A DNA stretch of 64,000 nucleotides from NCBI RefSeq assembly GCF_006345805.1, contig NC_042997.1:15934001-15998000 (forward strand). The letters run 5' to 3'. Below, one piece after another: positions 1-14,037 of this stretch. How positions within the stretch are numbered: position 1 is the first letter of the stretch; each line of letters begins with the position of its first letter. A program made the position numbers and the translations under genes. This DNA is from Octopus sinensis. Taxonomy: Eukaryota. Under the pieces are notes generated by a model. It saw only the letters and a list, made by a program, of their open reading frames with translations, had not been told where the DNA came from and did no database searches.

Positions 1-59
1 AGTAAGAATTCAAATAAAGTAGCCTCGAAAAGGGCTTTAAAGTGTTCCCAGAGTATATA

Positions 60-400
60 GAACTTAGGAGAAATACTAATAAGGTATGCATACTAAAATC
101 GTGAAGCATGTTACGTGATAGGGCCTAGTCAGATATGAGATAATAACGATTCAAAGTAAATATCTCTGAAAAGGGCTTTTGTGCATTCCCAGAGAATATT
201 ACCCTCAGCGGCGCTAGTGCTGGTATATTCGTGAATAAGTCTCTTACCGAAATAAGTGGATCTTTTGTTTAGGAAAATACTATTTACTTGTTTAAGGGTT
301 ATACTGGATAAATTGCGAAAATAACTCTAACAGTTCAAATACAAAGAAATAAGCATACTCAATTTGATTTATAGCAAATGATTTAGGAAAATGAATGTGT
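60..400 (-). pseudogene. Possible Penelope RT remnant
   Basis: Minus frame gives LISVRDLFTNIP (cf. PLE RT SxDVxSLFTNIP); little further support. Confidence 0.3.
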
Positions 401-434
401 TATTTCCCTTGGTTGTTAAAATCTGATATATTAG

Positions 435-481
<47 letters not shown>

Positions 482-1039
482 ATCCCTTCCAGAGGCTCTA
501 TTATCGATTTTTTTTTTCAACAATCTGAGTATGCCATGAGGTTTCCAGACATAAGTTCTACTCACGTTTCAAGTTTCATCAAAATCGATAAAACGATGTA
601 GGAGGAGTTAGCTAACAACTCCACAAACACACCCACAGACAGAAGACATGTAGTAGATGAATGTTTGTTGGGGTGGAGAGGTGATGCTCTTGCTGTTGTT
701 GTTTAGCCACCAGATCAGCTCTGATCAAAGGCATTCTAGCCATTGAGCTTATAAAGGTGAGAAACCTGTAAGAATTCTATATAAATATAGCTCACCTTTC
801 AAACCTTTGAATATCAAAAAAAAAAATAATAAAAAAACCTATTTAAGCATATAAAATTGGTAACCCGCGAATCATTTTGGAGTTTGATGTTTTTATAAGC
901 TCCACGGCCGTTGCCATCCTCACCTATATCTACAGGTATAATATGTCCTTCTTTTCTTAAAGATCACAATGAATTATTGAATAGAGATTTTACTGCTATT
1001 TCTCATAAGCCGAGTCGCCGCATGAAAGCGCACTCATTG

Positions 1040-1070
<31 letters not shown>

Positions 1071-1379
1071 TGGTGTGTGTGTGTGTGAGTTGTTTAGACG
1101 TGGAAAGAAACTTGCGAAAAACACTCAAGTTCTGACCATCCCATCTTGTTATGGGAATGTGGGACTATTTTATCTGTGTCTTTTAAGAGGCCAGTATATG
1201 ATTGGTAGATATTTGGCTGCTATTATTAGTAGGTTCCCACGTTAGCTAAGGGTTGTATTATGTAAATTATAGAGGAAATGTGGTCATGACGTCAAGTTAT
1301 TTCTCGCACATTCCTATACATAAATACAAGAAAACACCGTAATGTTCTAGAAAAATACTCAACTAACTAAATAAATAAT

Positions 1380-1597
1380 ATTGGTTTTAAATCTTGGCTC
1401 AAGGCCAGCAAGTTTGGGGGGAGGGAGTAAATCGATAACATCAACTTCGATGAGCGACTAGCTCTTATTTTATCGACATCGAAAGGATGAAAGGGAAACT
1501 CGACCCCGGCTGAATTTGAACTCGGAACGTAAAGTCGGAAGAAATACTCTAAGCATTTTTTTTCCGGGAGCGGTAACGATTCTGCCAGTTCACCACC

Positions 1598-1645
<48 letters not shown>

Positions 1646-1910
1646 ATGAATAAATGATATTGACTTCAAATTTTGGGACAAAACCTGCAATTCTGGCGGA
1701 TGGATAAGTCGATTACGGCGCCGGCCAACCATTTCCGAAGGAGAGGTAAGTTGATTACATAGACCCCCAGTGATCAACTGGTACTTATTTTATCGACCCC
1801 TAAAGGATGAAAGGCAAAGTCGAACTGGGCGAAATTTGAACTCAGAACATAAAGACGGACGAAATGCTGCTAAGCATTTTGACTGACTTGCTAACGATTC
1901 TGTCACCTCA
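1380..1910 (-). mobile_element. Two diverged family B SINEs separated by (AAAT)n
   Basis: gaaaggatgaaagg / gaatttgaactc motifs twice. Confidence 0.75.
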
Positions 1911-4649
1911 GATAAATAAATAATATCAAAAATATATTCGCTATTCAAATTCTATTTCATTTCGTTTTGTTTTGTTTTTCAACCCTTCTTAATGCTACTT
2001 CAATGGTCTCAGCCCCCTTCGAGTTGATTGGCCTCGTTTCACCTCTACTCAGGCACTCCTTACCAACACTTCTTCCCTTGCCTCATCATCAATGTTGTAT
2101 CCTGCCCTTAAGGAACCGCATTGGACACCTGTACAGGGTTTTACCTCTCCAGAATGTTGTCGTCTCTGAAATTCCATCTCTGCTTACGTATTTTTTTTTT
2201 CTGATTTGTCAGATTTAAGAGAAGTATTGATTATTAATCCCATCAATCCTGGAAATTTCTGCGAGGGTGATTGGTAACAACCTCTTCTTCCTCCAAACCA
2301 AACTTTACAATAAAAAGAAAATGGCTTTAGTAAAATGAAGGGTATTTTTTGTAAACTAATTGGTGTTGAGACCTAAGACCTATGATTTTTCAGCCTCCGC
2401 CCCATCTAACGATAGAGTTTAATGTGATTAATGTGCATTCTAAACATCTGCAGCTATGGATAGGAACTAATACAAGTTGTTGCCAGAAATATGAAGCATG
2501 GAAATCCAGAGATCTAGTTTTCGGTGACGCAGATGATGATAAAAATAGCAGTTCTGAGTATGAATGAATCTATGCAACGTAGTCATTTCCGTGAGAGTCG
2601 AACTGTAGCGATATCAATAGAAACGAGAGTTAATTTTTACATGAAAAGATGAAACATGAAACAATGAGATTTAATTAACATGAAGGATGGTATGGAAGTT
2701 AATTTTTAAACAGATTTTGTCCGAGGTTCAGTGCGGGGCCAGAAACTGGATATAAATCACTGACCTCTCAGTTGGTAATATGAATTCCTTTAATTCGATC
2801 ACTGTTGCAGCAGCCTGGATGTTTAAACTAAAAGAAGGCAAGACACAAACAATGAGCTACGTTAAAACACAATACCGTTCTTTTATATGATCAGATGAAA
2901 TATTTGATCCGATATTAACAAAAACCAAAAAAAATGAAGAATGGAAAACAATGGACAACAACTTTTCTCCTTATATATGTATATCTGTATTTGAATGTAT
3001 TTTGTAATACTGTTAACTACTACCACCGCCAGTGTTTGAAAGAAATTGCATTGCTATGTGATTATATGCGCGAACGATCTTCTATTACATTTTGTTTTTT
3101 CCTGTAACTGACTGCATTTTTTGTATAAAAATGTAAAACGTTCCCCCAGCATCAGCATATAACATGCCAAGTAGAGTCGGGTTGCGCATTTCATATCCAA
3201 ATAATTTGTTCTTAAAACCACAAAATTTCAAAAAAAGATATTTTTAATTTTGATTATTTTGATTAGTAATCATTGATTAAAAACAAATTGGATTCTCTGG
3301 CTTCAGTAGTTTCTGATATACTGGAGCAGGCACGCAATCAAGCATTTAATCCAGGAAATCAATCAAGCAAACAAATGTGAGAAAAACAATAGCATCAAAT
3401 GTAATTTGTTGGTGAATGAATATATTAGGTAGGGAGAATGATACTCAAGACGATTGAAAGAAAGGCAATAAGTAAAAAAAGACAAAAACAAATATACAAG
3501 AGAGAAGATAAGAAAGAAAATATATTCAAAAAGAATGAACGTATAAAGAATGCATGCTTCTAGAAATATTGCAAGCTAAAGCCGCTGCTGGAGCTTTCTA
3601 TATCCTGTCGCCTGCTAAGCCAATCTTTCGCTTCAACATCTCTCCGCGTCTCACGTCTCAGCCGTGAACAACAATTAATCTTCCGCCTGAACACGGCTAC
3701 TCCGCTTGGTATCAAAAACCGACTTACTCTCCTCTACCCATCCCAACAGACTGATAAATGTCTACACATGCACTTCATACAGCCATGAGCATATTCGCTC
3801 ACACAACTCACTAGGATTCCTCAAGCTTCCACATATACACTTCACACACGGAAATGCTAATTTGCACACAGTCTCATTCACACATGCATACTCATACGCA
3901 TGCACAAATACTCATGCACACATAAATTAACTATAAGTTCTCTATACTTTACACACACGTGCGCGTGCATACGCACACAGACACGCATACTTAGACTCAC
4001 AACCTCGCTTACACATATAGTCATCTAGATGTATACACACATTCTAGTGTGTATACATCTAGATGTATACACACATTCTAGTGTGTATACATCTAGATGT
4101 ATACACACATGCACGGGCGCACGTGCACACACGGATTCACACACACGAACACACACATATACAAGAATTCGCACACACGCAGTTCACACTCACGTACTTA
4201 ATTTGTTTTCCTCTCTCACACACACACATACGTACACACATAAATATGCACACAAAACATATTTACAACGCGCGCGCATACACACACAGAGTAAATATTA
4301 CTACTCTTTTATTCTTTTACATATTTCAGTCATTTGAGTACGGCCATGCTGGAGCACAACCTTGAAGAGTTTTACTAGTACTTATTCTTTCGGTTCCTTT
4401 TACCGAATCGCTACGTTACGGTTACATTAACATTCCAATATTGTTTGTCAAGCGATGGTGGTGGTGGGGGGGACACACAGATGCAAAGACACACACACAT
4501 AAATATATATATACATATACATGCATACATACGTACATACATACGTACATAAATTCACATATACATACATACATACACACATATATATATATGTGTGTGT
4601 GTGTGAATACATATACATACATACATAAATACATACACACATTTATATT

Positions 4650-4745
4650 GGATGCAGCTCTGCATCGTTAACCAGATAGAGGAGATGTCCTCTTTGGGTT
4701 AAAAAATCGCAGTAAAGTCCGTTCGAACGGACAGCCATGTTGAAA
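4650..4745. repeat. ~95-bp triple-hairpin repeat, copy 1
   Basis: Near-identical to 6093-6190. Confidence 0.8.
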
Positions 4746-4869
4746 TGGCCACGGATATTATTTGATAGTACAACTACTGCGTTGATCTCTTTAGAGGGAT
4801 TTTAGAACTAGAATTTCTGCTTGTTGCAAAATCAATGACTGTGTGTTCGCTTGAAATATATACATTGCG

Positions 4870-5515
4870 AGCAGAAGCAAGCTACTGTCATCTCTAGCAG
4901 ACGAGGTGGTTCGATGAGAACCAACTTACCAACCTGTTCCAAAATACTTTCAGGACGGGGCATTTGGATAATTACCAAAAATCCCTGACCTGACAGTGCT
5001 ACAAGAACGCTTTACCTGTCCGCGATAAGTTATCCAGGAACAGGAATGTCAGTGCTACCAATATTTCGAAGATGTGGGCTGCACGATGAAACCGTACTGC
5101 GCGCTTTTGTACACCGACGGAAGCTTTCAGGCTTGATAATTTACGTTGAATCAGCTGAATCTATAATAAAGATTGTGCCGCCCACCGGACTCTCACCGGA
5201 AGGTGAGGCATGTTTTCTCTTACAGTGACAGTGTTGAAAGAGTGTGTTTGGAAGACAAGACTGCAAGGACTCGTGACGGGAACCTCCATCTCTGACCCCG
5301 GATTGCTAACTTTTTTCAGATTTCACCTGAAGAGCAAGGTAGGGCTGGAAACGAGACGATTATCGCGAGGTGTGTTTGAGAAAAGATGGAAGGCTGTGGT
5401 AAGAAAGGTGGGTGCAAGTGACCCGGTTTAATCTCCATGGAGAAATATAAAGGTGTAGTTGCTCGGCTTTTCGCCCATTAGGGTGATTCCGCCCTGGCTA
5501 AAAATTATAAAAAAT
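4870..5515 (+). mobile_element. 3' fragment of an L1/Tx1-type LINE ORF2, decayed
   Basis: LDNYQKSLT*QCYKNALPVRDKL..RCGLHDETVLRAF..KECVWKTR..FEKRW (decayed C-terminal zinc-binding region), then an A-rich end. Confidence 0.6.
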
Positions 5516-5528
5516 ATATTATATATAT

Positions 5529-5845
5529 ACTGCGTGGCATCTTGGGCAAGTGTCTTCTGCTATGGCCCCGGGCCGACCAATGCCTTGTGAGTGGATTTGG
5601 TAGACGGAAACTGAAAGAAGCCTGTCGTATATATGTATATATATATATATGTGTGTGTTTGTCTCCCTAGCATTGCTTGTGTTTACGTACCCGTTACTTA
5701 GCGGTTCGGCAAAAGAGACCGATAGAATAAGTACTGGGCTTACAAAGAATAAGTCCCGGGGTCGATTTGCTCGACTAAAGGTGGTGCTCCAGCATGGCCG
5801 CAGTCAAATGACTGAAACAAGTAAAAGAGTAAAAGAGTAAAGAGT
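5529..5845 (+). mobile_element. SINE family A, 5' truncated
   Basis: CORE-like cttgggcaagtgtctt block, internal (TA)n(TG)n, (AGAGTAAA)n tail. Confidence 0.9.
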
Positions 5846-6092
5846 ATTAATTCGTATAATCATCAAAATTTTAAAATTAAGTTTCATTCGAACTCACATT
5901 ATCAATTATCTGTTTGTTCTGTCTTGTTTGTCCTTTCTGTGTTAGATAATCATTACCTTAATAAAGAAAGCATCTCTGGTAGACGAAGTGTCCAGTACTG
6001 TAGAGTGAGAGAAATAGCCCGAAACCAGGAGTGGTTTGCTGATCCAGTCGCTAGAAGGTGGTAGGGGTTCGCTCCCCTGCTCACAATTTATC

Positions 6093-6190
6093 GGATGCAG
6101 CTCTGCATCGTTAACCAGCTAGAGGAGATGTCCTCTTGGGGTTAAAAAAAATCAAAGTAGAGTCCGTTTGAACGGACAGTCATGCTGAAA
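6093..6190. repeat. ~95-bp triple-hairpin repeat, copy 2
   Basis: Near-identical to 4650-4745. Confidence 0.8.
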
Positions 6191-6230
6191 GTTGTTTTTT
6201 GGCGTTCAACAAAAAGAAAAACCTCAAAAA

Positions 6231-6261
<31 letters not shown>

Positions 6262-8902
6262 ATAAAATAAAAAAAGACAAAAATATAACGAAGCCCTTTC
6301 TATTGATCAAAGAATAATGTTAGACATCTGGATTTGACTGTATCAGCGATGAGTTTGTGGAACTTTGAATTCTTTGTAATGACTGAAAGGAGAGTTTTCT
6401 CTTCAACTGCTTCGGGAATATAACCCCAAAACTCTTTCCAGAATATTACGCATTGTCTACGCCTACTTGTAAGAACTTGCAGTTTTTCACAAATTAAAAA
6501 AAGGAAAGAATGGTAGCGGCAGTTGCTTTAGTCACATATTCTTGCACCATTTTAGCAATAGTTGCCATCGATAGTTTAGAATATCAGAGTTTATCGACAA
6601 AAACATGAAGCTCTTTTCAATTGATAACAATGTGATTTACAGAGATAGCTATTCATCATCGTCGTCGTCATCATCATCATTAACTCCCGGACATTACTGT
6701 ATGGAGTCCTGGGGATCATAGGGTCGGTTACTTGGTTTCCATGGCATAAACGAGACCGAGATCACAATATTTATCTTCGAACGGAATGTCAGTCCGTAGC
6801 AGCGTTTTGAAATGTGTTGCTCAAGCACATAATGCACCGCACCTGTTCGGGAAACGACACCACGACCCTGCGATCTTGAGTGTTCCACCCAAACCACTGA
6901 GCCACTCGCCTTCTGGCTGTTCTGGGCGTACTGAATGAGTGGTGCACGCCTTTCCAAAGATAGTATATTTCCTTTTTAATTATTCTCCTCTTGGTCGCTT
7001 ACATACACACTCAATAATAGATTACTTCAGGTTGAAGTGTAAACGAAGACAGGATGAAACAGCCTAAAATTTGTCTGTATATACTTGGATTGGATTCCTT
7101 ATGTTTAGTCCACTGCAGGACGAAAGCCTCAACATGTTCTCTCCACCAGACACAGACTGATGTGGAGGCCGCGAATTTCAGTTTGAGATAATACTGGGTT
7201 TACTGAACCTACTCTGCCACACTGGCTTGACATGGCAGAGGAATGCAGTTTTTATACTCATATCCAAGAGTAGTTAAGTCAATTATATCGACCGCAATAT
7301 TCAACTGCTACTTATTCTATCGATCTCGAAAGGACTAAAAGCAAAGTCGGCCACGAGGGAATTTGAAGCGTTTCGTCCGACGTGCTAACGATTCTGCGTG
7401 TTAGCCACCTTATGTTTACACTTCTCCAGACAAATACCCTGTGAAAACGACCACTATAAGCTGCTGATCTATTATGCCATCAAATAAGATAGGACCTGCC
7501 ACAGAACCCCGTGTCATGCCTCAGTAATGTAACTGGTATCTGTAATAGTTGTACCGGTCTTATTACTAATTTTACGTGCGTTGCCAGAAATTGAACCGGA
7601 AAGTGGGAGACATCAAGCTGATTACGCAGAAGCAGCATCTAAAAGTACTTAAGCCCTCTACTCCTTATGGAACATAGGCTATCGACGACTTTTCTCAGAT
7701 TTTGTCGACTCTAGGTCACAATGCAAGAATTTGGTTTCTTTATGGTTTGATCTCCCTGAGGGAAGGCTTTCCTCTCCAAATTTTGTCAGTTTCGAATTGA
7801 CATCAGTGCTTTTGTAAATTTGTTTGTTTTCTAGATAAGGATGTTGGACCTACACAAACACATTTTTACCTTTGGGAAGAGATGGTCACAATTAGTTTGG
7901 CTTCTATCCTTTGATCTGTCCAGCATAGAAGGCCTTACAAGGAGCATCGCTCCATTGGCGCAGCTCTCGGGGTCATTGAGGCATACAAGCCACCACATCA
8001 CAACAAGCAATAAACCTTGAAGCATCTAAACGTAACGTACAACTAATTTTGCCGATCCATTTGCTCCAGCGTAAAACGACATTGGTGCAACGTCACTTTT
8101 GTACAGTGCTTCAGTAAAAGGCAAAATGAAATACATAAATATATACAAAGGGAAACGAAGAATATATAAACAGAGGAGGGCGTCGGTAATGAAATATGAA
8201 GATTGTTTCGCTGAACAACAGGAAATTAGAGAGAAATATTTTGACACTGCACAGAAACTCGTACAGAAACGTAAACACACGAACACATGCAAATTGTTGA
8301 CGTCAGCTTCGAAATAGAGCTGACGTTAGAGTTGACCTAAGATCATACGCGTTCCAAATATGACCATCTTGTCTTTCAACCCATAGTATATTTTGAGTTA
8401 CATTATTTAACTCACGTTTCTTTTGATTTAAGGGCATGTGTGTTTATGTATTCACTATGTGTTCATGCGAGTATGCGTGTTCGAGTGTATGTATGTGCAG
8501 GCGTATTATTCTTTTATTCTTTTACTTGTTTCAGTCATTTTGACTGCGGCCATGCTGTGGCACCGCCTTTAGTCGAGCAAATCGACCCTGGGACTTATTC
8601 TTTGTAAGCCCAGTACTTATTCTATCGGTCTCTTTTGCCGAACCGCTCTAAGTGACGGCGAACCGCTAAGTATGTGTGTGTTTACATACATATTTGTATA
8701 TGTGTTTATGATTGTTTAAATACTCTGTTATGTGAAAATCAGAGTATTGAAACAATCATAAACACATATGAATATATCTAAATACTCTATTTTGTGAAAT
8801 TCATCAAAAAACCTCTGTTGAGAGTATATCCTAACCAGGATGAAAGGACAGTACAATGACTTTTGGTGGCACTCCGAGCTTGCCAAGACTATTGCAGATT
8901 AA

Positions 8903-9499
8903 AAGGCGGTGAACTGGCAGAAACGTTGCTTAACGGTATTTCGTCTGCCGTTACGTTCTGAGTTCAAATTCCGCCGAGGTCGACTTTGCCTTTCATCCTT
9001 TCGGGGTCGATAAATTAAGTACCAGTTACGCATTGAGGTCGATGTAATCGACTTAATCCGTTTGTCTGTCCTTGTTTGTCCCCTCTGTGTTTAGCCCCTT
9101 GTGGGTAGTAAAGAAATAGAAATAGGTATTTCGTCTGCCGTTACGTTCTGAGTTCAAATTCCGCCGAGGTCGACTTTGCCTTTCATCCTTTCGGGGTCGA
9201 TTAATTAAGTACCAGTTACGCATTGGGGTCGATGTAATCGACTTAATCCGTTTGTCTGTCCTTGTTTGTCCCCTCTGTGTTTAGCCCCTTGTGGGTAGTA
9301 AAGAAATAGAAATAGGTATTTCGTCTGCCGTTACGTTCTGAGTTCAAATTCCGCCGAGGTCGACTTTGCCTTTCATCGTTTCGGGGTCGATACATTAAGT
9401 ACCAGTTACGCACTGGGTTCGATGTAACTGACTTAATCCGTTTGTCTGTCCTTGTTTGTCCCCTCTGTGTTTAGCGCCTTGTAGGCAATAAGGAAATAA
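8903..9499 (+). mobile_element. SINE family B (tRNA head, Meta-like domain), internal trimer
   Basis: B box GAGTTCAAATT, GCCTTTCATCCTTTCGGGGTCGATAAA domain; 190-bp units at 8935, 9125, 9315. Confidence 0.9.
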
Positions 9500-10070
9500 G
9501 GCTGTGCAGATGATGCTCAGTTTAAACATCTCAAAGACGATACCTGTAGGAAAATCTATGACCAAGGAAGGAATTCCAGAGGTTTGTTTACGGTGGTTTG
9601 GAGTGCAGGGTTTGCGGAAGAGACACCGTGCAATGGGTGACGAGTGTATCAAAATTTATATTTTGCTGAAATCTTATTTACTCTCTAATATATTTTTCTT
9701 CAAATGTTTAATGTAACCATACTTGTGTGGCTGTGTGGCAAAGATGGACGAAATGCTGCTAAGCATTTGCCTGGAAGAGTAGTTATTCTTACAGCTGCAG
9801 GAGTGTTGGAAAAGACAGAGTGGTCTAAAAGTTAAATGTGTTTGTAAACCTTTGTCAAGAAACTACGCGCACACATTTTCAACCATACCCAATCATATAT
9901 ACAAACACGCATATACATGTATAAAAATATGTAAAAAAATTCAGTAAACACGCGCACAAGCAACTTACTCACAAAACATCTCATCTTTAAAACACATATC
10001 TCAACACCTCATTCGCTAATGAGACTATGTCCTATAAATCACACCCGAAAGTAACCCTTTTATTTAAATA

Positions 10071-10434
10071 CTAGCAGTATCGCCCGGCGTTGCTCGGGTT
10101 TGTAAGGGAAATAACTATAAAGCATTTTTAGAGAGTTATAGCCAAAAAATAGCAAAAAAATGGAAAAAAGATGATGGTAAATTTTTTTTGAGAGTTAAAA
10201 AGGTCGAGTTGCGTCCCCTAGACAGTCTGTGGTTTGTGTTTCTGATTCTCGACCCCATGTCGAATTTATCGATTTTTTTCAGAACTGGGGGAACTTTTCA
10301 AAATTTTCGCTGCGTTAGTTTTGAATTATGACATTGGGCTATGTGTGTGTCAAGTTTCATCAGAATCGGTTGAAAGCCGTGGTCAGGGTGAGGGTACAAG
10401 CAAACAGACAAACTGCCGTTTATATATAGAGAGA
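10071..10434 (-). mobile_element. Non-autonomous Helitron, body B
   Basis: A|TC start, CCCGagcaacgcCGGG hairpin, CTAG|T end, no TSD. Confidence 0.85.
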
Positions 10435-10862
10435 TGATCTGTAGGACGTGGTTTTTCGATGTAGTCTTTTTTTGTGGGGCGGGCGAGATGATGTGTTAGT
10501 ATGTGTAGCAACATTACTGTTATTTATGTGGATGTAGTATTCAACTGTGTTTCACAAAAAGGTTTCTAGAAAACCCTCAATTCTTCGCAGCTGAAGCGTT
10601 TTCTGGTTCTTAAGAAAGAAAATCTCATCTTTGTGACAGTTTTAATTGTTATATCCATACAGAATTACTAAGAAAGATCATAAGAAGTCGTAGAACCTAG
10701 CATTTGTGGCGATTCAGGGTTTAACCATGTGTCTTAAAGGTGAGGTAATGTTTGTATCTATGGAGTGCTTATGTGTGCAAGTTTGTTTATTTATTTTACT
10801 TATTCTTTATGCATGTGAATATGTGCTTGTATATCTGCACGCTTATATATATATAAATATAT

Positions 10863-11779
10863 GAGGGCAGCGAGCTGGCAGAATCGTTAGCACGCCAGGT
10901 GAAATGCGTGGCCGTATTTCGTCTGCCGTTACGTTCTGAATTCAAATTCCGCCGAGGTCGACTTTGCCTTTCATCATTTCGGGGTCGATAAATTAAGTAC
11001 CAGTTTGCGCACTGGGGTCGATGTAATCGACTTAATCCGTTTGTCTGTCCTTGTTTGTCCTCTCTGTGTTTAGCCCCTTGTGAGTAGTAAAGAAATGTAT
11101 ATATATAAATATATGAGGGCAGCGAGCTGGCAGAATCGTTAGGATGCCGGGCGAAATGCTTAGTGGTATTTCGTCTGCCGTTATGTTCTGAGTTCAAATT
11201 CCGTCGAGGTCGAGTTTGCCTTTCATCCTTTCGGGGTCGATTAAATAAGTACCAGTTACGCACTGGGGTCGATATAATCGACTCAATCCGTTTGTCTGTC
11301 CTTGTTTGTCCTCTCTGTGTTTAGCCCCTTGTGAGTAGTAAAGAAATTTATATATATAAATATATGAGGGCAGCGAGCTGGCAGAATCGTTAGGATGCCG
11401 GGCGAAATGCTTAGTGGTATTTCGTCTGCCGTTATGTTCTGAGTTCAAATTCCGTCGAGGTCGAGTTTGCCTTTCATCCTTTCGGGGTCGATTAAATAAG
11501 TACCAGTTACGCACTGGGGTCGATATAATCGACTCAATCGTTTGTCTGTCCTTGTTTTGTCTTCTTTGTCTTTAGCCCCTTGTGGGTAGTAAAGAAATAG
11601 GTATTTTGTCTGCTGTTATGTTCTGAGTTCAAATTCCGCTGAGGTTGACTTTGCCTTTCATCGTTTCGGGGTCAATAAATTAAGTACCAGTTACTCACTG
11701 GGTCGATGTAACCGACTTACTCCCTTTGTCTGCCCTTGTTTGTTACCTCTAGGTTTAACCCTCTGTGGGCAATAAAAAA

Positions 11780-11782
<3 letters not shown>
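10863..11782 (+). mobile_element. SINE family B tandem array
   Basis: ~252-bp units at 10863, 11115, 11366 including TA-rich flank, plus a headless unit from ~11600. Confidence 0.9.
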
Positions 11783-11818
<36 letters not shown>

Positions 11819-12490
11819 CATTTGTTTATCCTACGCTGCTCAGCACACTGGGCGACACATTATATAACTGGTTAAATATTGGTTTAAAATTTTGGCACAA
11901 GGTCAGAAATTTCGGGAGAGGGGATAATTCTATTACATCAACGCCAGTGATTTATTCTATCGAACCTGAAAGGATGAAAGGCAAAGCCCACCTCGGCGAC
12001 TCAGAACGTAAAGACGGACGAAATGGCGCTGAACATTTTGCCCAGCGTGCTAACAATTCTGCCAGCGAGCCGCCTTAACTAAGTTTAAATATTGTGGTTG
12101 CTTAACTCCAAGTCAGCTTTGATCGATCAGACCTATGATCAAAGACATTCTAACTGTGACCTTCCTGTCATTTTAGGGTTATGTAAGATTACATATGCCA
12201 ACGTAAGCTTCCCTTACTTAAGACGATAGGGTATGAGTCGAAGGAATTTGGCTGTTATTTCAATAGATGGATGACTGCAAACAGGTTCCCGCTTTGACTC
12301 ATAAAATTGGTTAATTGATATATGTAAGGATCTCGAAATATATGTTGCAGAGTGTTTATATGTGTATGTGAGTGTGAGCGTGAATGTGAATATGTGCACG
12401 AATGCGCGCGTGTAAGTGTATATGTGTGCGTGCGTGCGTGCGTGCGTGTGTGTTAGTGTATGTCAGTGTGAGCGTGTGTGTGAGTGCACA

Positions 12491-12886
12491 TCTTTATATA
12501 TAAAGGTAAGGTTGTGTGTCTGTCTCCTACGATTTAGATTCCTAACTACTCCCACATTTTGCGGTGCAGTTTAACCCAAACCGGGTATCTTATAGTCGTG
12601 ATTCATATCGAGCCCTTCTGGGTATTAGCGCGCATCTACGATGAGTCTACGATTTTAAAAAAAATTTACCATAATTTTTTTCCATTTTAATGCATTTTTT
12701 CGCTATTATATAAGGGAAGTAACTCTCTAAAAATGTCTACGATGAGTCAACGATTTAAAAAAAATTTATCATCATTTTTTTTCCATTTTTAATGTATTTT
12801 TTTGCTTTTTTTTGCTATAACTCTCTAAAAATGCTTATATAGTTATTTCCCTTACAAACCCGAGCAACGCCGGGCGATACTGCTAG
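12491..12886 (+). mobile_element. Non-autonomous Helitron, body A
   Basis: A|TC...hairpin...CTAG|T; internal ~90-bp duplication. Confidence 0.88.
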
Positions 12887-13523
12887 TACTGTATGTTTCT
12901 GTATACTTTCATATATCTAAAAGTGCATATAAGCTTTTGGAAGTATGCACTCGTGTGTGGGGTTTGTGAGTGTACATGCATGTAACCTGTATGTTGTATG
13001 TGCTTATGTATGCATGCATGTCTGTGCACCCGAGTGTGTGTATGTCAAATGTGTGTGTGTGTCTGTGTGTGTATGTGTGTGCGTGCGTATATACCTGTAT
13101 TTAATTTGCGCTCACTACTTTATACGCTTCTATACGTAAGCTGTTCTATGTGTTTGTATGCGCATGTGTTCATGCAAGTCTATAAATATACATTTCTCTA
13201 CGCGCTCATGTGTGCGCACGTGCTTTTGTGCATACAAACATACATATAGTATTGTAAGTAAAAGTACATATACATCGTCCATATCCCCAACACATTTCAT
13301 TTCTCTCTGCTTCCAGACTCACCTCTCTTCCACCCGTTTCCACAAATAAAATCCTTCCTACAACACCCTACAACACCCCCACCCTCACCCACATGTCACT
13401 TTTCGTCTTGTTTTTTTTTTCTTTTTTTTTTGCTGTCTGGGACGTGAAATGGAGCAGGGTGAGAAAAATAGTCAACCGCACTGTACCTAACAATGTCAGC
13501 AGACGAGACAGACGCGAAAAGAA

Positions 13524-13527
<4 letters not shown>

Positions 13528-13563
<36 letters not shown>

Positions 13564-13630
13564 TAACAATAATAATAATGATAATGATGATGATGATGAC
13601 GGCAACAACAACAATAATAATAATAATGAT

Positions 13631-13677
<47 letters not shown>

Positions 13678-13744
13678 TAATAATAATAATAATGATAATG
13701 ATGATGATGATGACGGCAACAACAACAATAATAATAATAATGAT

Positions 13745-13790
<46 letters not shown>

Positions 13791-13912
13791 TCTTTTTATT
13801 GGCCACAAGGGCTGACAAACATGATTGGAATAATAATAATGATAATAATAATAATAATAATGATGATGATGATGATAATAGTAATAATAATAACAGCAAC
13901 AACAATAACGAT
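13528..13912. repeat. Compound (AAT)n/(GAT)n/(AAC)n microsatellite with a duplicated block
   Basis: gatgacggcaacaacaacaat...gatgtt block occurs twice. Confidence 0.95.
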
Positions 13913-13989
13913 AATCTTTTCTTTATTGGCAAAAAAAAGTCCACATACATATGACATGGTACAAAGAGGGTAATAAAATGTGTAGGGAA

Positions 13990-14022
<33 letters not shown>

Positions 14023-14037
14023 CACACACACACCGTC

